A stretch of DNA of 26,120 bases from Candidatus Omnitrophota bacterium (lineage in GTDB: Bacteria; Ratteibacteria; UBA8468; MWAK01): positions 1 through 26,120 of the forward strand of contig JAZDPL010000051.1 in the NCBI GenBank assembly GCA_043797665.1, read 5' to 3'. A program made the translations under genes and the position numbers. Shown here piece by piece: positions 12,764 to 22,536 of the stretch. The notes below the pieces were generated by a model. It saw only the letters and a list, made by a program, of their open reading frames with translations, was not told the origin of the DNA and made no database searches. Within the stretch, counting starts at the first letter, position 1, and every line of letters starts with the position of its first letter.

Positions 12764-14237
12764 GATGCTTAGCCCGAGCCTTTATTTCATTGAGAATCAC
12801 CTTGAGTCCTTTGTTAAAAAGCCACGGAACATCTTTCCACCGAATTTGGCGCTCTCTCAGGATAAGTTTCGCCCGCAGAAAAGAGCCTTTCGTCTTTAAA
12901 CGAATTTGTTCCTGACGGGAAATTCCCGGCAAGGCAAAAACATAGGAATCTCTTTTCAACCAGGCTTCCCAATTACCCTGATATTCCGGCCGGATGAGAT
13001 TATGTCTCCCTGTAATTTCATACAGTTTACTGCCCGGATACGGGACGGTAACCGACCAGCCCACATAGTCTAAAAGACCACCTTTGACAAGTCCATAGGC
13101 ATAATCAAGTGTTTTTTTGACTTCAAGGCTCGTTTCGTATTCTAGACGTCCCTTTTCTTCCCAGACGTTGTAAAGCATAAACAAGCCCTGTATCTTAATC
13201 CGGTATCTCTTGAGGAGGCGACAAGCCTTTACTACATAATCCAACGTAATCTTTTTTTCAATCCCCTGAAGAGTCCGTTCGTTTCCGCTTTCAATCCCTA
13301 ACAAGACATACCAGCAACCGGATTCCGCCATCTCCTTGATTAGTTCCTCCGGCAGCCGGTCGACCCGCAGGGAAGTCTTCCACCAAATCTTGAGACCGCG
13401 TCTTTTGATTTCGCGGCAGATCGCCAGAGCATTGGTGATATTATTGTTAAATTCATCGGAACAATCGTTTATCTCCCGTACTCCATACTCCTTGACCAGA
13501 AATTCTATTTCGTCAACGACGTTCTCCGGAGAACGCAGGCGTAAATGTGGTTTGGCCAGCTTCCAGACCAGGTTAGAACAGAAGGTACACCAGTAAGGGC
13601 AACCCCGGCTGGAAAGGATTGGCGCCTCCAAACCCCCTTTGTTCAAATACCAGCCCTTATAATCTTTCAGTTCCAGCAAATCATAAGCCGGAAACGGTAT
13701 GGCGTCAAGTCTTTGAATGTAGTGCCTGGTGGGAGTCTTTATTACCTGCCGGGCGTCGGGAGCAAAAAAAGCTATGCCGGCCACTTCTGAAAATCCATTT
13801 CCCGCAATGGTTCTCTTGCCGGCAACCAGTTTAACCACTTCCAAAAATGTCTCTTCGCCTTCACCCGTAACCAGGAGGTCCGGTTTACAGCGGGCAAAGA
13901 CGTCTTCCGGAAGACTGGTCGCATGGACTCCGCCCACGACGACAAAGGATTCCGGACAGGCTTTTTTGACCGTGTTAACAAACACATAGGCTCCTTCTGC
14001 CTGGGGGGTATAGAAAGAAACCGCCACCACATCCGGGCTGAATCTGACAACTTCTTTAATAGTCTGTTCCATACCGGCAAGCAGACCATCGGTGAACCTC
14101 ATCTCTAAATTACCTTCCCACCTCTTCCTCAAATAGGAGGCCAGATACAGCAGGGAAAGCGGAGGTACCCGCCCCTCACTCAGTTCTCCCAGGCGAAACT
14201 TCTTTAAGGTTGGCGCAAAGACAAAATGTACCTTCAT
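12753..14237 (-). CDS. B12-binding radical SAM protein
   Basis: N-terminal PPLSLLYLASYL / VVGGVHAT / GEGE cobalamin domain; SRGCPYWCTFC (CxxxCxxC), GIESGN and PYPGSKLY. Confidence 0.93.
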   Translation of the reverse strand: MKVHFVFAPTLKKFRLGELSEGRVPPLSLLYLASYLRKRWEGNLEMRFTDGLLAGMEQTIKEVVRFSPDVVAVSFYTPQAEGAYVFVNTVKKACPESFVVVGGVHATSLPEDVFARCKPDLLVTGEGEETFLEVVKLVAGKRTIAGNGFSEVAGIAFFAPDARQVIKTPTRHYIQRLDAIPFPAYDLLELKDYKGWYLNKGGLEAPILSSRGCPYWCTFCSNLVWKLAKPHLRLRSPENVVDEIEFLVKEYGVREINDCSDEFNNNITNALAICREIKRRGLKIWWKTSLRVDRLPEELIKEMAESGCWYVLLGIESGNERTLQGIEKKITLDYVVKACRLLKRYRIKIQGLFMLYNVWEEKGRLEYETSLEVKKTLDYAYGLVKGGLLDYVGWSVTVPYPGSKLYEITGRHNLIRPEYQGNWEAWLKRDSYVFALPGISRQEQIRLKTKGSFLRAKLILRERQIRWKDVPWLFNKGLKVILNEIKARAKHLSF

Positions 14238-15361
14238 CTTCTTAATATTTCTTCGTATACCTGCAGGGCTTTTTCGGCCGAGTCTGCCCAGGTAAACTTT
14301 TGTGCCCGGTCTAAAGAACGTTCTCGCATCCCCTTCTTCAACTCCGGATTGGTAATTACATCCAGAATCCCTTTTGCAATCGCATCAACATCCTGCGGGT
14401 CAACCAAAATGGCGGCGCCGCCGGTTACTTCCGGCAAAGCGGAAATATTAGAAGTAACCACCGGACACCCGCAAGCCATCGCCTCCATCGGTGCAAATCC
14501 AAAACCTTCGTACAAAGAAGGATAAACAAAAACCTCGGCAAAACTATAAAGAGCGGACAGGTCCTCATCAGGCAGATATCCGGTAAAGATAATCCGGTCT
14601 TTATACCGGGAATGCCGGGCTTTTGCCAGTATTTCTTCATATAGCCACAGATTCCTGCCACCAAGGACAAGATTATAATCAAAACCTTCCCGATGGCTGC
14701 ACAAGGAAACAAAAGCCAGAATAAGGCGGGAAAAGTTTTTCCTGGGGTGCAGACTGGCAACCGAAAAGACATACGGCTTGGTAATTCCGTATTTCCCTAA
14801 TACTGCCGCTCTCTTCTCAGCAGAAACCGGCACAAACTTTTTGGAGATACCGTTATAAATAACCTCCACTTTTTCCGGCTTGAGCCGATAGAAAAATAGA
14901 ATCTCTTTTCGGGAAAATTCAGAGACTGTAATGACTTTTTTCGCTTTTCTCACCGCATAACCGACCGAACTCTTCATCTTCCAATACTCTCTTTTGGGAA
15001 TAAGTTGGGAATAGCGCAGGAATGAAACATCGTGGAGGGTTATAACCTCTGGACATCTGCTTACCACTGGCAAATGATATTGAGTGTGGAGCAGGTCCAG
15101 TCTTTTTAAAAAAGTCTGCCGGGGCAGGTCAAAGAAGAGCCGACGGAACGGTTGCAAGGAAATCTTTTCCGTTTCAAAATCCAGCCCTCCGGAAAAGGGA
15201 ATAATCGGTTTTTTCTCACCGGCGAGGAAAAGGAGGAATTGAAATTCCGGAGGAGAAATTTCGTTAATCCCCTCCAGCAGGCCAAAAAGGTAACTTTCGT
15301 TTCCACCCTGCTCCTGACCGAGAGCATGGCCATCCAGACCAACCAAAAACCTCTTTTTCAT
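14234..15361 (-). CDS. GT4 glycosyltransferase (MtfB/WbaZ-like)
   Basis: TLHDVSF, ITVSEFS, PRKN and FVYPSLYEGFGFAPMEAMACG. Start at ATG 15361, an ATGA overlap with the upstream stop. Confidence 0.92.
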   Translation of the reverse strand: MKKRFLVGLDGHALGQEQGGNESYLFGLLEGINEISPPEFQFLLFLAGEKKPIIPFSGGLDFETEKISLQPFRRLFFDLPRQTFLKRLDLLHTQYHLPVVSRCPEVITLHDVSFLRYSQLIPKREYWKMKSSVGYAVRKAKKVITVSEFSRKEILFFYRLKPEKVEVIYNGISKKFVPVSAEKRAAVLGKYGITKPYVFSVASLHPRKNFSRLILAFVSLCSHREGFDYNLVLGGRNLWLYEEILAKARHSRYKDRIIFTGYLPDEDLSALYSFAEVFVYPSLYEGFGFAPMEAMACGCPVVTSNISALPEVTGGAAILVDPQDVDAIAKGILDVITNPELKKGMRERSLDRAQKFTWADSAEKALQVYEEILRR

Positions 15362-16515
15362 TCTAACGTAGCATAGTACACCGCGGTTACGTTTTCCGCC
15401 ACCCTTTCCCACGAAAGAATCTTTGCCTTCTGCCACTCTCCTTCTATAATTTTGTTCCGCAGGTTCAAATCGGATAGAGACCTGATTGCATCAGCAATTT
15501 CATTGATATCAGAAGGGTCTTTAATCACCATACACTCTTCTCTGTCCTTTAACAAGTAAGGTGCACCGACTGCCTTAGAAACGATAACCGGTATCCTGCT
15601 TGCCATCGCTTCCAAAACAGCCAAACTACAAGGTTCATCAAGGGAAAGAAGGGTGAAAATATCACCGGCGTGGTAATAATTCGTTATCTCGGAAACCGCG
15701 CCGGCAAAGACCACTCGTTCAACAAGACCTAATCTCTGCGCCAGTTTCCGGTAAAAAGGAATCCCAAATGGATTATAACCCTTACCCGCAACTAACAGTT
15801 TTGTCTTTTCCGGTAAGAATTTCAGCGCCTTTATTACATAATCCAATCCTTTCCGTTTAAAGTCATGGCCCACAAAAAGAATGACCGAATCATCATCCTT
15901 TATCCGGTAACGCCGCCTCAATTCCTTCCTGATTCTTTCGCGGGTTTCATTCTCTAAGGCAAATTCACTGAGACTGACGCCGTTGGGAATGATTACAATA
16001 TCTTCTTCGGGTACCCGGTATTCCTGGATAAGATGTATTTTAACCAAAGGAGAAACCGCGATTATTCGTTTATAATTCCGCAAACGGTAGTGATATTTTT
16101 CCATCAAAAGAATATAAAAAAACCTGGGCTTCAAAAACCTGCCCAACCGCCGGAAAGGCTCTTTTTTCACCTCAGGGAGCATAATTCTTAATTGACTTTT
16201 CAAACATTCGTGAGCGGTCAGAATACTGTGACGGGAAAAGGTAGTTATTTCTTCCTGGATTACATTAAACTTTTGGCGGGAAAGTCTTAAAAGACTTAAG
16301 AAACTGAAGATGAGAGAGGCAAAAAAGGAAGGTCCTTTTATCATCGGGAGTTTAACAGTTGACACGCTCCCCTCTAACCCTTTATCCCAGGAATTGGCAA
16401 TGATATGGACCCGGTGTTCCCGGGAAAGAGCCTTAGCAAGTTCAACCATGTACCGTCCGGCACCGGTATCCTTCTGGAAAGTATGGGAAACCAGGGCTAT
16501 CTTTAATCTCTTCAT
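15358..16515 (-). CDS. GT4 glycosyltransferase (WaaG/RfaG-like)
   Basis: IIAVS, IPNGV, LFVGHDFKRKGL and EPCSLAVLEAMAS. Start at ATG 16515, a TGATG overlap. Confidence 0.9.
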   Translation of the reverse strand: MKRLKIALVSHTFQKDTGAGRYMVELAKALSREHRVHIIANSWDKGLEGSVSTVKLPMIKGPSFFASLIFSFLSLLRLSRQKFNVIQEEITTFSRHSILTAHECLKSQLRIMLPEVKKEPFRRLGRFLKPRFFYILLMEKYHYRLRNYKRIIAVSPLVKIHLIQEYRVPEEDIVIIPNGVSLSEFALENETRERIRKELRRRYRIKDDDSVILFVGHDFKRKGLDYVIKALKFLPEKTKLLVAGKGYNPFGIPFYRKLAQRLGLVERVVFAGAVSEITNYYHAGDIFTLLSLDEPCSLAVLEAMASRIPVIVSKAVGAPYLLKDREECMVIKDPSDINEIADAIRSLSDLNLRNKIIEGEWQKAKILSWERVAENVTAVYYATLE

Positions 16516-17264
16516 CAATACCATCCTTGTATGTTTCTAATAAAATAGACGAAGGTTTCCTTAAGCAAAAGATACAACGCTCTTAGTTTATGATACTTTT
16601 TTCTAATCGCGTAATTTTCCAGAAGGCAGCGGTAGTGGCCGCTGGCACCGGGTAGGCTGAGGTAGGTAAGTATCTTGTCAAGATAATGGAACTTTATGCC
16701 GGCATTATATGCCTTCCACAAAAGGTCATAGTCCGCACCAATCTTGAACTTTGCATCATAGCGCCAGCGCTGATGTACTTCTTTATGGATAAAAGTAGCC
16801 GAATGAGCAATCTCCAAACTGGAGCGAAAGGGTCTAAATTGACCTAACTCCACCCGGCCTTTCCTTTTTTGCCTCAAACATTGTTTAATTCCAACCGCGT
16901 CTCCAAAGAAGATTCCCGCCTCCCGGCGTTGTTTGTAGGCTTCTATTACCCACCCGACTGCCTCTTTATCATAATAGTCATTACTGCTTAAGACCCCTAT
17001 TAATTCACCACTGGAGAGGTCAATACCCTTATTAATAGCGTCATAGATGCCTTTATCCGGTTCACTAACCCAGTAAGCAATATGCCCGGCATACTTCCGG
17101 ACAATCTTCAGCGTATCATCGGTGGAACCGCCGTCAATAATAATATATTCAATATTGCCGTAGGTCTGGTGGATTACGCTCTGAATTGTCCGTTCTAAAT
17201 GTTTGGCACCGTTAAGGCAGGGAGTAATGATGCTGACTTTCAGTCCACTTTCGGATATCGACAT
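16515..17264 (-). CDS. GT2 glycosyltransferase
   Basis: VSIITPCLN, IIIDGGSTDDT, SEPDKGIYDAINKG and ADYDL. Confidence 0.92.
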   Translation of the reverse strand: MSISESGLKVSIITPCLNGAKHLERTIQSVIHQTYGNIEYIIIDGGSTDDTLKIVRKYAGHIAYWVSEPDKGIYDAINKGIDLSSGELIGVLSSNDYYDKEAVGWVIEAYKQRREAGIFFGDAVGIKQCLRQKRKGRVELGQFRPFRSSLEIAHSATFIHKEVHQRWRYDAKFKIGADYDLLWKAYNAGIKFHYLDKILTYLSLPGASGHYRCLLENYAIRKKYHKLRALYLLLKETFVYFIRNIQGWY

Positions 17265-17289
17265 CGTAAATGGTAAATATTCAGAGGAA

Positions 17290-18558
17290 TTACGTTAACA
17301 GCCATTTCCAGGCCGGAATTACTTTTATTTTGAATCCGTTTTCGCTTATCTCTTCTTCGGATGATTCGGTGATAATTGTGCCCTCTTTCAATCTGAATTC
17401 CTTCAGCGCACGGAGCAAACCGGATACTTCCCGTTTTCTGTTCTGGAGGTTAATTTCGGAGGATACCTGAAGAGCAGAAACTATCTTTCGGCCCTTTTTT
17501 ATAATGAAATCGCATTCCGCGTTTGGATTATCCCAATAGAAAATCTCAAAATCTTCAAGAATGCTTTTTCTTTTGAGTTCAACGGCAACCAGATTTTCAA
17601 GTAACTTTCCTCTGTTTTCGGAAAAGTTGAAACTCAAGGAATTGATGATTCCATTGTCGGAGACGTAAATCTTCTTGAAGGTTGAGGTTTGTTCCTTGAT
17701 TTTATATGAAAATCTACTTATGGAAAAAATGAGGAAGGAGTTTTCCAGATAATTGAGGTATTCTTTGACGGTATGGGAACTCTTAATGTTTAAGTGCCTG
17801 CTTAAATTACGCAATGATATCTTGGAGGTGAAGTAGTTAACCAGCAGCAAAGCCAGTTCCTCAAGGGCGTTGGCGTATTTTACCCGATATCTGACGACGA
17901 TGTCCTTGGTGATGACCGAATTAAAAAGATTCCTGGTGAATTCCTTGCCAAATTTGTAATAATCGAAAATTCCGCCTTCCGCCAGATATTTTGAAAACAG
18001 AACGGACAGTTGACTTCTTACTCTGGTGGAATGCGTTGAGTTTTCGCCCGGGTCAAAGGAATTGAACCGTAAGAACTCTTTGAAACTCAGCGGAAAGATG
18101 TTAAAGGAGATAAATCTGCCCGTTAAGTGTGTCGCCAGTTCTGCACTCAGCAAGTTGGCGTTGGACCCGGTAATTATTATCCTGTATTTATTCCTCAGTC
18201 GATTGACAAACAACTCCCAGCCCTTTACGTTCTGAACCTCATCCAGAATGATGAATTCAAAACCATCGTAGAGTTCGTAGAAAGATTCAAGAATTGTGTT
18301 CAGGTCTTTTGTTTTAAGCCCGATAAGACGCTCGTCGTCAAAATTGATAAAAGCATATTTGTGGCCGCCAACCAACAAATGCGAGAAGAACGATTTGCCG
18401 GCTCTCCTCATTCCGCTTATCAGGAGAATGTTGGGGGCGTTCAGATACTGTTTGCAGCGCTCCAATCCTTCACGGAGAACAATCTTCTCGGTCTTGAATT
18501 GTTCTTGCAATGATTCTCTTTGGTCCGTGATTATATTTTTTAAGTGTTGTTTTTCCAT
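17290..18558 (-). CDS. AAA_14 ATPase with DUF4143 C-terminal domain
   Basis: Walker A GMRRAGKS, Walker B ILDEVQ, ITGSNA.LLS.E..T.LTGR, KIYVSDNG, G.LLENLV and ECDF. Confidence 0.9.
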   Translation of the reverse strand: MEKQHLKNIITDQRESLQEQFKTEKIVLREGLERCKQYLNAPNILLISGMRRAGKSFFSHLLVGGHKYAFINFDDERLIGLKTKDLNTILESFYELYDGFEFIILDEVQNVKGWELFVNRLRNKYRIIITGSNANLLSAELATHLTGRFISFNIFPLSFKEFLRFNSFDPGENSTHSTRVRSQLSVLFSKYLAEGGIFDYYKFGKEFTRNLFNSVITKDIVVRYRVKYANALEELALLLVNYFTSKISLRNLSRHLNIKSSHTVKEYLNYLENSFLIFSISRFSYKIKEQTSTFKKIYVSDNGIINSLSFNFSENRGKLLENLVAVELKRKSILEDFEIFYWDNPNAECDFIIKKGRKIVSALQVSSEINLQNRKREVSGLLRALKEFRLKEGTIITESSEEEISENGFKIKVIPAWKWLLT

Positions 18559-18570
18559 GGCATTGCAAAT

Positions 18571-18600
18571 ATTGTATCATTATGTGCAATGGAAATGCAA
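18571..18600 (-). promoter_or_regulatory. Putative promoter of the AAA ATPase gene
   Basis: TTGCAT-N18-TACAAT with TG extension on the minus strand; TTGCA recurs three times around it. Confidence 0.45.
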
Positions 18601-18630
18601 ATAATATTATATTACTATTATGAAATCTGG

Positions 18631-19419
18631 TTAGATGAAGTAGAAGAGGGCGGTTACGACCAGGTCGGCCAGAATGACCATAAAGAGGGAGATGACCACC
18701 GCCAGGGTGGTGGCACGGCCCACCCCTTTGGCTCCACTCTCGGCAAAAAAACCTTCCCGGCTGGAAACGACCACCACAATCATCCCGAAGATAACCGCCT
18801 TCAAAAGCCCAATGGCAATGTCCTTAAAGGTAATAAAACGGAAGGCTTGAAAAAGAAAAAGACCGGTACTCAGGTTAAGGGTGGTGGTTCCGATGACGTA
18901 ACCACCTAAAATCTGAAGGGCGTCGGAGAGAATCGTCAAGACCGGAAACATCACTAGGCCGGCTAAAAATTTTGGTACGACCAGATATTCCACCGGATCC
19001 ACCGCCAGAGTCTCCAGCGCATCTATCTGTTCGGTAATCTTCATCGTGGCAATCTCGGCCGCAATCGCCGCGCCAACGCGTCCGCAGAGTAAGAATGCCA
19101 CCAAAATCGGACCGAACTCCCTTACCGCAGTAAGGGTTACCACGGTACTAACGTAAAATTCCGCACCGGAGAGTTTCAGAGGGGTGGCGGACTCCATCGC
19201 AATCACCATTCCCATGAAGAAGGAAATGACCGCAACCGTCCAGAAACTGCGGTTACCAAAGATTTCGCACTCCTGCCAGAAAGGCTTCCGGCGTACCCGG
19301 CCGACAAAGAGAGCCTTCAAAACCCGGCCCAGAATTAAAGCAAATGACCCTAAGAAATAGATAAAAGCCAGAACCCGATGGCCAAGGATACCTATAATTC
19401 CGCGTTCCTCCTCAGGCAT
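18631..19419 (-). CDS. mlaE: MlaE-family ABC permease
   Basis: REFGPIL...GRVGAAIAAEIATMKITEQIDALETLAVDP..YLVVP and GAKGVGRATT.AVV. Confidence 0.93.
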   Translation of the reverse strand: MPEEERGIIGILGHRVLAFIYFLGSFALILGRVLKALFVGRVRRKPFWQECEIFGNRSFWTVAVISFFMGMVIAMESATPLKLSGAEFYVSTVVTLTAVREFGPILVAFLLCGRVGAAIAAEIATMKITEQIDALETLAVDPVEYLVVPKFLAGLVMFPVLTILSDALQILGGYVIGTTTLNLSTGLFLFQAFRFITFKDIAIGLLKAVIFGMIVVVVSSREGFFAESGAKGVGRATTLAVVISLFMVILADLVVTALFYFI

Positions 19420-19449
19420 AATTCTTTAATACAAGCACAATGAGTAAGT

Positions 19450-19553
19450 TGTCATTCCTGTGGATAGTAAACAGGAATCAATACTAATAATCACTGGATT
19501 CCCGCTTAACCCCTGCTTACCGCATGCAGGGGCAGACGCATGCGGGAATGACA
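19450..19553. repeat. TGTCATTCC...GGAATGACA element with a nested hairpin
   Basis: Same ends as 2874-2952 and 5612-5683; the loop of the right hairpin carries an extra CCCCTGC-ttaccgcat-GCAGGGG. Confidence 0.9.
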
Positions 19554-19573
19554 TAATAAATATTGCGTTTGTA

Positions 19574-20539
19574 TTAGGTTAGTTCCGCAAAGAGCATCCG
19601 ACCCGTACTGGTCTGGATGGTGTTGGCGATGACGACCTCAATGGTGTCACCCATAAACCGGTGGCCGCCCTCCACCACCACCATCGTCCCGTCGTCAAGG
19701 TAACCCACCCCCTGGTTGGACTCTTTACCTTCCCGGACAATTTTTAATAAAAGGTGTTCACCGGGGAGATATCTGGGTTTCAGAACCGTGGAAAGGTTGT
19801 TCATGTTGAGTACCTCAATACTCTGAACCTCAGCAATCTTAGCCAGGTTGTAGTCGTTGGTAAGTATTTTGGCGCCGGTCGTTCTGGCTAAGTGAACCAG
19901 TTTTGCATCCACGCCCTCAATCTCAGGGAAATCAACATCTTCAATCTGGATATCCAGTTCCGTATCACGCCTCATCCGGTTAAGCATATCCAAACCCCGG
20001 CGTCCACGCTGACGTTTCAGGTCGTTACCGGCATCCGCAATGATCTGCAACTCCTTGATGACAAACCGGGGGACGACCAGCCGGTAATCCAAAAAACCGG
20101 TATGTGCCAGGTCAAGCAGACGTCCGTCAATAATCACGTTGCTGTCCAGAAGGAGCGGAACAACTCGCTCTTCTTCTTTCATCATTCCGGAAAGCAGGGA
20201 CCACTTACCGCCGTAGCGGACAGCGATGGTAATGCCCAAATAAGAAAAAAGATAATAAAGAAATATGCGCACATAGAGTTGGTTTTCGTCGGCGGCCGGA
20301 ATTAAAAAGATAAAGTCCACCAGAAGTTTAACGCTGACCAGACCAACGATGAGCCCTAACGCACCAAAAAGGATACGCCGGACCGGGATATTTTCTAACA
20401 CAATATCCAGTAAGATTACTGTGGCCGCACCGGCCAGACCGACAAATACGCCCACCACCGCCATATTCGGAGGCGAGACAAAATACCCGGTGATAACCAC
20501 CAGGACAGCAAAAAAGAACCGAATGATAATGATACCCAT
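19574..20539 (-). CDS. YacL-like membrane-anchored PIN/TRAM-domain protein
   Basis: N-terminal TM helices, LLDSNVIIDGR, KRQRGRRGLD.L, LTNDYNL.K.A and EGKE..QGVGYLDDGTMVVVE. Start at ATG 20539 after GGGGGAG. Confidence 0.92.
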   Translation of the reverse strand: MGIIIIRFFFAVLVVITGYFVSPPNMAVVGVFVGLAGAATVILLDIVLENIPVRRILFGALGLIVGLVSVKLLVDFIFLIPAADENQLYVRIFLYYLFSYLGITIAVRYGGKWSLLSGMMKEEERVVPLLLDSNVIIDGRLLDLAHTGFLDYRLVVPRFVIKELQIIADAGNDLKRQRGRRGLDMLNRMRRDTELDIQIEDVDFPEIEGVDAKLVHLARTTGAKILTNDYNLAKIAEVQSIEVLNMNNLSTVLKPRYLPGEHLLLKIVREGKESNQGVGYLDDGTMVVVEGGHRFMGDTIEVVIANTIQTSTGRMLFAELT

Positions 20540-20549
20540 AATACTCCCC

Positions 20550-21572
20550 CTATCTTGGGCCGGGACGTAACAGTCGCCAGGGTTTAGCCCGGATGTCACC
20601 CACGAACCCTCTCACTTCATTATAAATTTCGTCGCTGGTCAGAAATTTCCCGACACTCCCCTTGCCTTCCTTAACATCGTTCGCCAAAGAAGCCACATCG
20701 TTGGAAGCCTCGCTAAATTGGGCTAACGCCCGGTTTAATTCGGTCAACGACTGGTCTAATTTCTGATAGATATCAGGAGAAGAAAGCAGACACCCCAGAC
20801 TGCTCTCGTCACTCTGCGCTTTAGCCAGAATGTCGGTAACCTGTTTTGATGCCTGGACAAAGCCGGCGGAAGCAACCTGGAAGTTGAATAACAGACGCAA
20901 CAGGGCCGGCTTAGCCTGCTCCACCGTATCCTTGGCGGAACTAATCAAGTCTTCGGCGCGTGTGCATGCCTCCTTAAGTTCTACCGCGGTCGCTTCAACG
21001 CTCACCAGCGTCCTGGTTCCCTGCACCGATGCGGCTTGAACCTTGTTAAGAGTATCAAAAATCTCTACTTTTAGTTTTGGGTCACCCACTAATTTTTCCA
21101 TAGAAACGGCTAATTTTTGGGCACTCCGGCCCAACTCTTCACCCAGAACCAAAAGGCGGTCTAAAGGTAACGGCTCAACTCCGACAACCGTCTCCCCGGG
21201 TTGAATAAGCGGGGTATCGGTAACGGAGGTGGGAATTATCTCTACGTACTTTTCTCCAATCAATCCGAAACTGCGTATTAAGATTTGCGAATGGTGGCCT
21301 AATTTTACCCCGTAGTCAAGTCCCAGAGTTACGTACGCCAGCGGTGTGTCTTCATAGACTAAATTCACCGCCTTAACCTCACCCACCCGGACGCCGCTCA
21401 CTCTAACCGGTGAACCGCGGTCTACACCCGCTACATACTTAAAGACCACTCTGACCTCATAAGCGGCATGACGAAAGGGTATCTGTCCTTTAACGATGGC
21501 AAAAAGAAATATCAATGCTACGGCTACTATCACCAAAAAACCCACCCTTACTTCCATAGTTATCCGCTTCAT
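20550..21572 (-). CDS. mlaD: MlaD/MCE-family substrate-binding protein
   Basis: EVRVGFLV TM segment, F..VAGV..GSPVRVSGVRVGEV, GLIGEKYVEI and a helical C-terminus. Confidence 0.92.
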   Translation of the reverse strand: MKRITMEVRVGFLVIVAVALIFLFAIVKGQIPFRHAAYEVRVVFKYVAGVDRGSPVRVSGVRVGEVKAVNLVYEDTPLAYVTLGLDYGVKLGHHSQILIRSFGLIGEKYVEIIPTSVTDTPLIQPGETVVGVEPLPLDRLLVLGEELGRSAQKLAVSMEKLVGDPKLKVEIFDTLNKVQAASVQGTRTLVSVEATAVELKEACTRAEDLISSAKDTVEQAKPALLRLLFNFQVASAGFVQASKQVTDILAKAQSDESSLGCLLSSPDIYQKLDQSLTELNRALAQFSEASNDVASLANDVKEGKGSVGKFLTSDEIYNEVRGFVGDIRAKPWRLLRPGPR

Positions 21573-21603
21573 CTTTTACCTCACCTCTGGCAAATAGTCA
21601 ATT

Positions 21604-22359
21604 TTATTGTTCAGCAACCCCCAAGAAATCCGTCTCCTGTGGCCGGAAGAAATTATAAACCGGACTGTTTTTATTTGCTTTAATTTCAGAAACCGGCGCA
21701 AACCCAATAATCTTTCCGTCCGAGAGCAGTCCGATGTGGTTTGCTACCCGCAGGGTGAAATTACGGTCATGGGTAACAACAAGTACGGTGGTCCCTAATT
21801 TTTTCTGAAGGTCGAGAATCAGGTTTTCAATACTTTCCCCGGCAATCGGGTCCAGGCCTGCGGTCGGTTCGTCAAAAAGAATTATCTGGGCAGAAGAAAT
21901 TAAGGAACGTGCCAGAGCCACCCGCTTCTTCATCCCGCCGCTCAACTTGTCCGGCTTCAAATCCTCAACCCCCTTCAAACCGACTAAAGATAAAACGCGG
22001 GACGCTTCTTTACGAATCTCTGCCTGGGAAAGGTCGCTGTGCTCCAGAAGGTAAAAACCAACGTTCTCCCAGGTTGAAATTGAGTCAAAGAGTGCGTTTC
22101 CCTGAAAGACCATACCGATTTCACGCCGGGCTTTGGTCCAATCTCCCCGGGAAAAAAGGGTGGTCTCCTTACCCTGAATAAATATTTTACCCTGTTGCTG
22201 CCGGATAAGACCGAGGACCGTTTTTAAAAGAACGGTCTTGCCGACACCGCTGGCACCGACAATAACCGTGTTCTTCCCTTCCTCAACCCGGAAATTAACC
22301 CCTTTTAAAATCGGCCGCTCAAATTCCACCCAAAGGTCCTGTACTTCAATACAGTTCAT
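21604..22359 (-). CDS. mlaF: MlaF-family ABC ATPase
   Basis: GASGVGKT, FQGNALFDS, LSGGMKKRVALAR, DEPTAGLDP and VTHD. Confidence 0.93.
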   Translation of the reverse strand: MNCIEVQDLWVEFERPILKGVNFRVEEGKNTVIVGASGVGKTVLLKTVLGLIRQQQGKIFIQGKETTLFSRGDWTKARREIGMVFQGNALFDSISTWENVGFYLLEHSDLSQAEIRKEASRVLSLVGLKGVEDLKPDKLSGGMKKRVALARSLISSAQIILFDEPTAGLDPIAGESIENLILDLQKKLGTTVLVVTHDRNFTLRVANHIGLLSDGKIIGFAPVSEIKANKNSPVYNFFRPQETDFLGVAEQ

Positions 22360-22367
22360 CTAAAATT

Positions 22368-22396
22368 AGTATAGCACATCCGGAGATTTTGCACAA
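22368..22396 (-). promoter_or_regulatory. Promoter directly ahead of mlaF (likely leaderless)
   Basis: TTGTGC-N17-TATACT with TG extension, 8 nt before the ATG, no SD. Confidence 0.5.
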
Positions 22397-22454
22397 TCGG
22401 AAGGAAAAATCCAGGAATTGTTTCTCAAAAAAAGAAACATTGTAAGCCGTGAAA

Positions 22455-22530
22455 TGGTAGGCCGCGGGAGACTCGAACTCCCCACACCCGCCTTAAAAGG
22501 GCGGTGCTCTGCCGGATGAGCTAGCGGCCC
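22455..22530 (-). tRNA. tRNA-Lys(UUU)
   Basis: GGGCCGCTAGCTCATCCGGCAGAGCACCGCCCTTTTAAGGCGGGTGTGGGGAGTTCGAGTCTCCCGCGGCCTACCA: 76 nt, cloverleaf, anticodon loop CTTTTAA, TTCGA loop, encoded CCA. Confidence 0.95.
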
Positions 22531-22536
22531 AAAGTC

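Noticed and set aside
398..18600. Lineage-specific 18-bp promoter spacer (four predicted promoters)
   Set aside because: Three other candidates have 17-bp spacers, and all were picked by eye, so the sample is too small and biased.
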